A program made the translations under genes and the position numbers. A stretch of 33,633 nt of DNA from assembly GCA_964392195.1 (NCBI GenBank), contig CAYMQR010000003.1:1-33633 (forward strand), written 5' to 3'. Positions 31,674 through 33,633 of this stretch are shown in pieces; position 1 is the first letter of the stretch, and every line of letters begins with the position of its first letter. Under the pieces are notes generated by a model, which did not search any database, was not told where the DNA came from, and was given only the letters and a program-made list of their open reading frames with translations. The DNA comes from an uncultured bacterium (GTDB taxonomy: Bacteria > JADJOY01).

Positions 31674-32465
31674 TCACGAACCGGAGAACTTGGGCGCGCG
31701 CTTCTCGAGGAACGCGCGCAGGCCCTCGCGTGCGTCCGCGGTCGCGAAGCAGTCCCCGAACGCGCGCGCCTCGATCGCGAGCCCGGCCTCGAGGGTGGTG
31801 TCGATCCCCCTTGCGATCGCGCGCTTCGCCTCGCGCAACGCCGCGGGTGCCTTGGCCACGAGGGTGGCGGTGAGGCCCTCGACAGCCTCGCGGAGCGCCT
31901 CGGGAGCATGGACCTGATCCACGAGGCCGATCCGGAGCGCCTCTTCCGCCCCGATCTTCCGCCCGGTGCAGATCAGGTCGCGGGCACGCGCCGCGCCGAC
32001 GCGGCGGGCCAGCCGCTGCGTGCCGCCGAATCCCGGGATGATCCCCAGGTCGATCTCGGGCTGGCCGAGCAGCGCCTTGCTCGAGGCGATGATCCAGTCA
32101 CACGCCATCGCCAGCTCGAGCCCGCCTCCCAGGGCGAACCCCTGCACCTCGGCGATTACCGGCTGAGTCAAGCCCTCGATACGCGAGAACACCCGCTGTC
32201 CACGCTCGGCGAACACCCGTGCCTGATGCGCGTCGAGGGACACCATCTCCGCGATGTCGGCGCCGGCGACGAAGCTGCGATCGCCCCCGCCGCGGACGAT
32301 CACGGCGCGCAGCCCGGGCTGGTAGGCGAGCTTGGCGAAGGTCTCGTCGAGCGCCGCGAGCACACCGGAGTTCAGTGCATTGAGCGCCTTGGGGCGGTCG
32401 ATCGTGACGCGCGCGATCGGGCCATCCTGCTCGACGACGACCAGCGGTGCGGTGGGTTCGGACAT
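31674..32465 (-). CDS. Enoyl-CoA hydratase (crotonase family)
   Basis: The ORF 31674..32501 was trimmed to ATG 32465, which has a GGAGGA RBS 6 nt upstream. Motifs seen: RPKALNAL, SFVAGADIAEM, GFALGGGLELAMACD and PEIDLGIIPGFGGTQRL. Confidence 0.9.
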   Translation of the reverse strand: MSEPTAPLVVVEQDGPIARVTIDRPKALNALNSGVLAALDETFAKLAYQPGLRAVIVRGGGDRSFVAGADIAEMVSLDAHQARVFAERGQRVFSRIEGLTQPVIAEVQGFALGGGLELAMACDWIIASSKALLGQPEIDLGIIPGFGGTQRLARRVGAARARDLICTGRKIGAEEALRIGLVDQVHAPEALREAVEGLTATLVAKAPAALREAKRAIARGIDTTLEAGLAIEARAFGDCFATADAREGLRAFLEKRAPKFSGS

Positions 32466-32557
32466 GGCGGATCCTCCAGAGGTGGGCGTCCAAGCTGGCA
32501 CAGCACACCGGCGCGGGCCACCTGGACTGCGTGACCCGGCGGGCGTGTCGAACGATT

Positions 32558-32584
32558 CGGTCCGTCCGCGGCGGACGCGGACCG
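32558..32584 (-). terminator. Hairpin directly after the dnaK-like stop codon
   Basis: CGGTCCG (32558-32564) pairs with CGGACCG (32578-32584). An inner helix TCCG/CGGA has a 3-nt loop. The structure ends 1 nt from stop 32586-32588 and is followed on the minus strand by AATCGTTCG. Confidence 0.45.
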
Positions 32585-32585
32585 G

Positions 32586-33633
32586 TCAGTTCATCGCGTC
32601 GCGGATGACGTCGAGGATCTGATCGCGGCGCCGGATGAGCACCTCGATCGGCGCGTCCGGATCGTCGCGAACCGACTCGAGCTCGCGGACGGCGTCCTCG
32701 AGCGCGCCGCGCTTCTCGCCGTCGAGCTCGTCGCGGCGCTCGGCGAGCGTGCGCTGGCACTGATACACGAGGTTCGAGATCGAGTTGCGCACGCGGGCAC
32801 GCTCGCGCCGCTCGGCGTCGGCCTCGCGGTAGTTCTCGGCGTCCTGCACCATCTTGGAGATGTCGTCGTTGGTGAGGCCCGACGCGCCCGAGATGCGGAT
32901 CGCGTGCTGGCGTCCGGTGCCGCGGTCACGAGCGGTGACGCCGAGGATGCCGTTGTGGTCGACCTCGAAGATCACCTCGATCTGGGGCACGCCGCGCGGC
33001 TGGGGCGGGATGCCGTAGAGCTCGAAGATGCCAAGCGAGCGGTTGTGCTCGGCCATCTCGCGCTCGCCCTGGAGGATGTGCACCCGCACGAAGTCCTGGT
33101 TGTCTTCAGCCGTCGAGAAGAGCCGCGACACCCGCGTCGGGATGGTCGTGTTGCGCTCGATGACCTTGGTGAACACGCCGCCGAAGGTCTCGACGCCCAG
33201 CGACAGCGGGATCACGTCGAGGAGCACGGTGTCTTCCACCGCGCCGCGGATCACGCCGCCCTGGATGGACGCGCCCGCCGCGACGACCTCGTCCGGGTTG
33301 ATGCCCTTGAGGGGGACGCGCTGGAAGAACTCCTTCACGGCTTCCTGCACCTGCGGTGTGCGCGTCTGGCCGCCCACCAGCGCCAGGCTGTCGATGTCGT
33401 CGACGGTGAGGCCGGCGTCTTCCAGGCACTGCTGGCACGGAACCAGCGTCTGCTCGACGAGGTCGCGTACCAGGTTGTCGAACTCGGCGCGCGTCAACAG
33501 GTACTCGAGGTGGCGCGGTCCGGACTCGTCGGCGGCGATGAACGGCAGGTTGATCGTGGTCTCGACGACGGTCGAGAGCTCGATCTTGGCCTTCTCCGCG
33601 GCCTCCTTGAGGCGCTGCAGGACGACCGGATCG
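32586..33633 (-). CDS. dnaK: Hsp70/DnaK-family chaperone, C-terminal part (gene runs off the right edge)
   Basis: The frame is open to the window edge (…[20 protein letters not shown]...[17 protein letters not shown]...). Substrate-binding-domain motifs are present: [52 protein letters not shown] and QGEREMA. Confidence 0.9.
   Translation of the reverse strand, partial: DPVVLQRLKEAAEKAKIELSTVVETTINLPFIAADESGPRHLEYLLTRAEFDNLVRDLVEQTLVPCQQCLEDAGLTVDDIDSLALVGGQTRTPQVQEAVKEFFQRVPLKGINPDEVVAAGASIQGGVIRGAVEDTVLLDVIPLSLGVETFGGVFTKVIERNTTIPTRVSRLFSTAEDNQDFVRVHILQGEREMAEHNRSLGIFELYGIPPQPRGVPQIEVIFEVDHNGILGVTARDRGTGRQHAIRISGASGLTNDDISKMVQDAENYREADAERRERARVRNSISNLVYQCQRTLAERRDELDGEKRGALEDAVRELESVRDDPDAPIEVLIRRRDQILDVIRDAMN

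Noticed and set aside
1-33633. Mobile elements, CRISPR arrays, tRNA/rRNA genes and long direct or tandem repeats
   Set aside because: No transposase- or integrase-like ORF, no regularly spaced repeats and no tRNA-like cloverleaf or T-loop (GGTTCGAAT-type) was seen in the intergenic regions. The intergenic gaps are all 342 nt or shorter. Visual inspection only.

Overview
Very GC-rich bacterial chromosomal segment. This is judged by eye: almost every frame stays open, which produces many long antisense shadow ORFs. Gene content (IHF, MCP, PilZ, DUF4124, Und-P-type glycan genes) suggests a diderm, Myxococcota/deltaproteobacteria-like organism, but that is inference only.

I can support about 30 genes.
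(1) 1-10562, minus strand: a tightly coupled glycan-assembly operon. It holds a UDP-glucuronate decarboxylase-like fragment, UDP-glucose dehydrogenase, a polyprenyl-P hexose-1-P transferase, four GT4 glycosyltransferases, a GtrB/ArnC-like GT2, a YdjM-like membrane hydrolase and a UPF0104 flippase-like protein.
(2) 10905-14836, plus strand, divergent from (1): B12-binding radical SAM, then GT2, then B12-binding radical SAM.
(3) 14917-16946, minus strand: fructose-1,6-bisphosphatase and a receiver-PilZ protein.
(4) 17000-25733, plus strand: the most unusual unit, a seven-gene overlapping operon. It encodes a third B12-type radical SAM, a homocitrate-synthase-like enzyme, aconitase-family large and small subunits, an atypical TrxR-fold flavoprotein, a LuxE-like acyl-protein synthetase and a LuxC-like acyl reductase.
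(5) 25728-30603, minus strand: a radical SAM/SPASM enzyme whose stop codon overlaps the LuxC-like stop convergently, a secreted DUF4124 protein, a small coiled-coil protein and a polytopic MCP.
(6) 30822-33633: housekeeping-type genes, namely IHF-alpha-like, a MaoC-like hotdog protein, enoyl-CoA hydratase and a partial DnaK-like Hsp70.

I saw no tRNA, rRNA, CRISPR array, transposase, integrase or long repeat.

The best candidate for an undescribed system is the set of four radical SAM enzymes plus the 2-oxoacid-elongation and carboxylate-reductase modules, attached to a glycan/glycolipid locus. All functional calls rest on motif recognition from the translated ORFs. No database search was possible.
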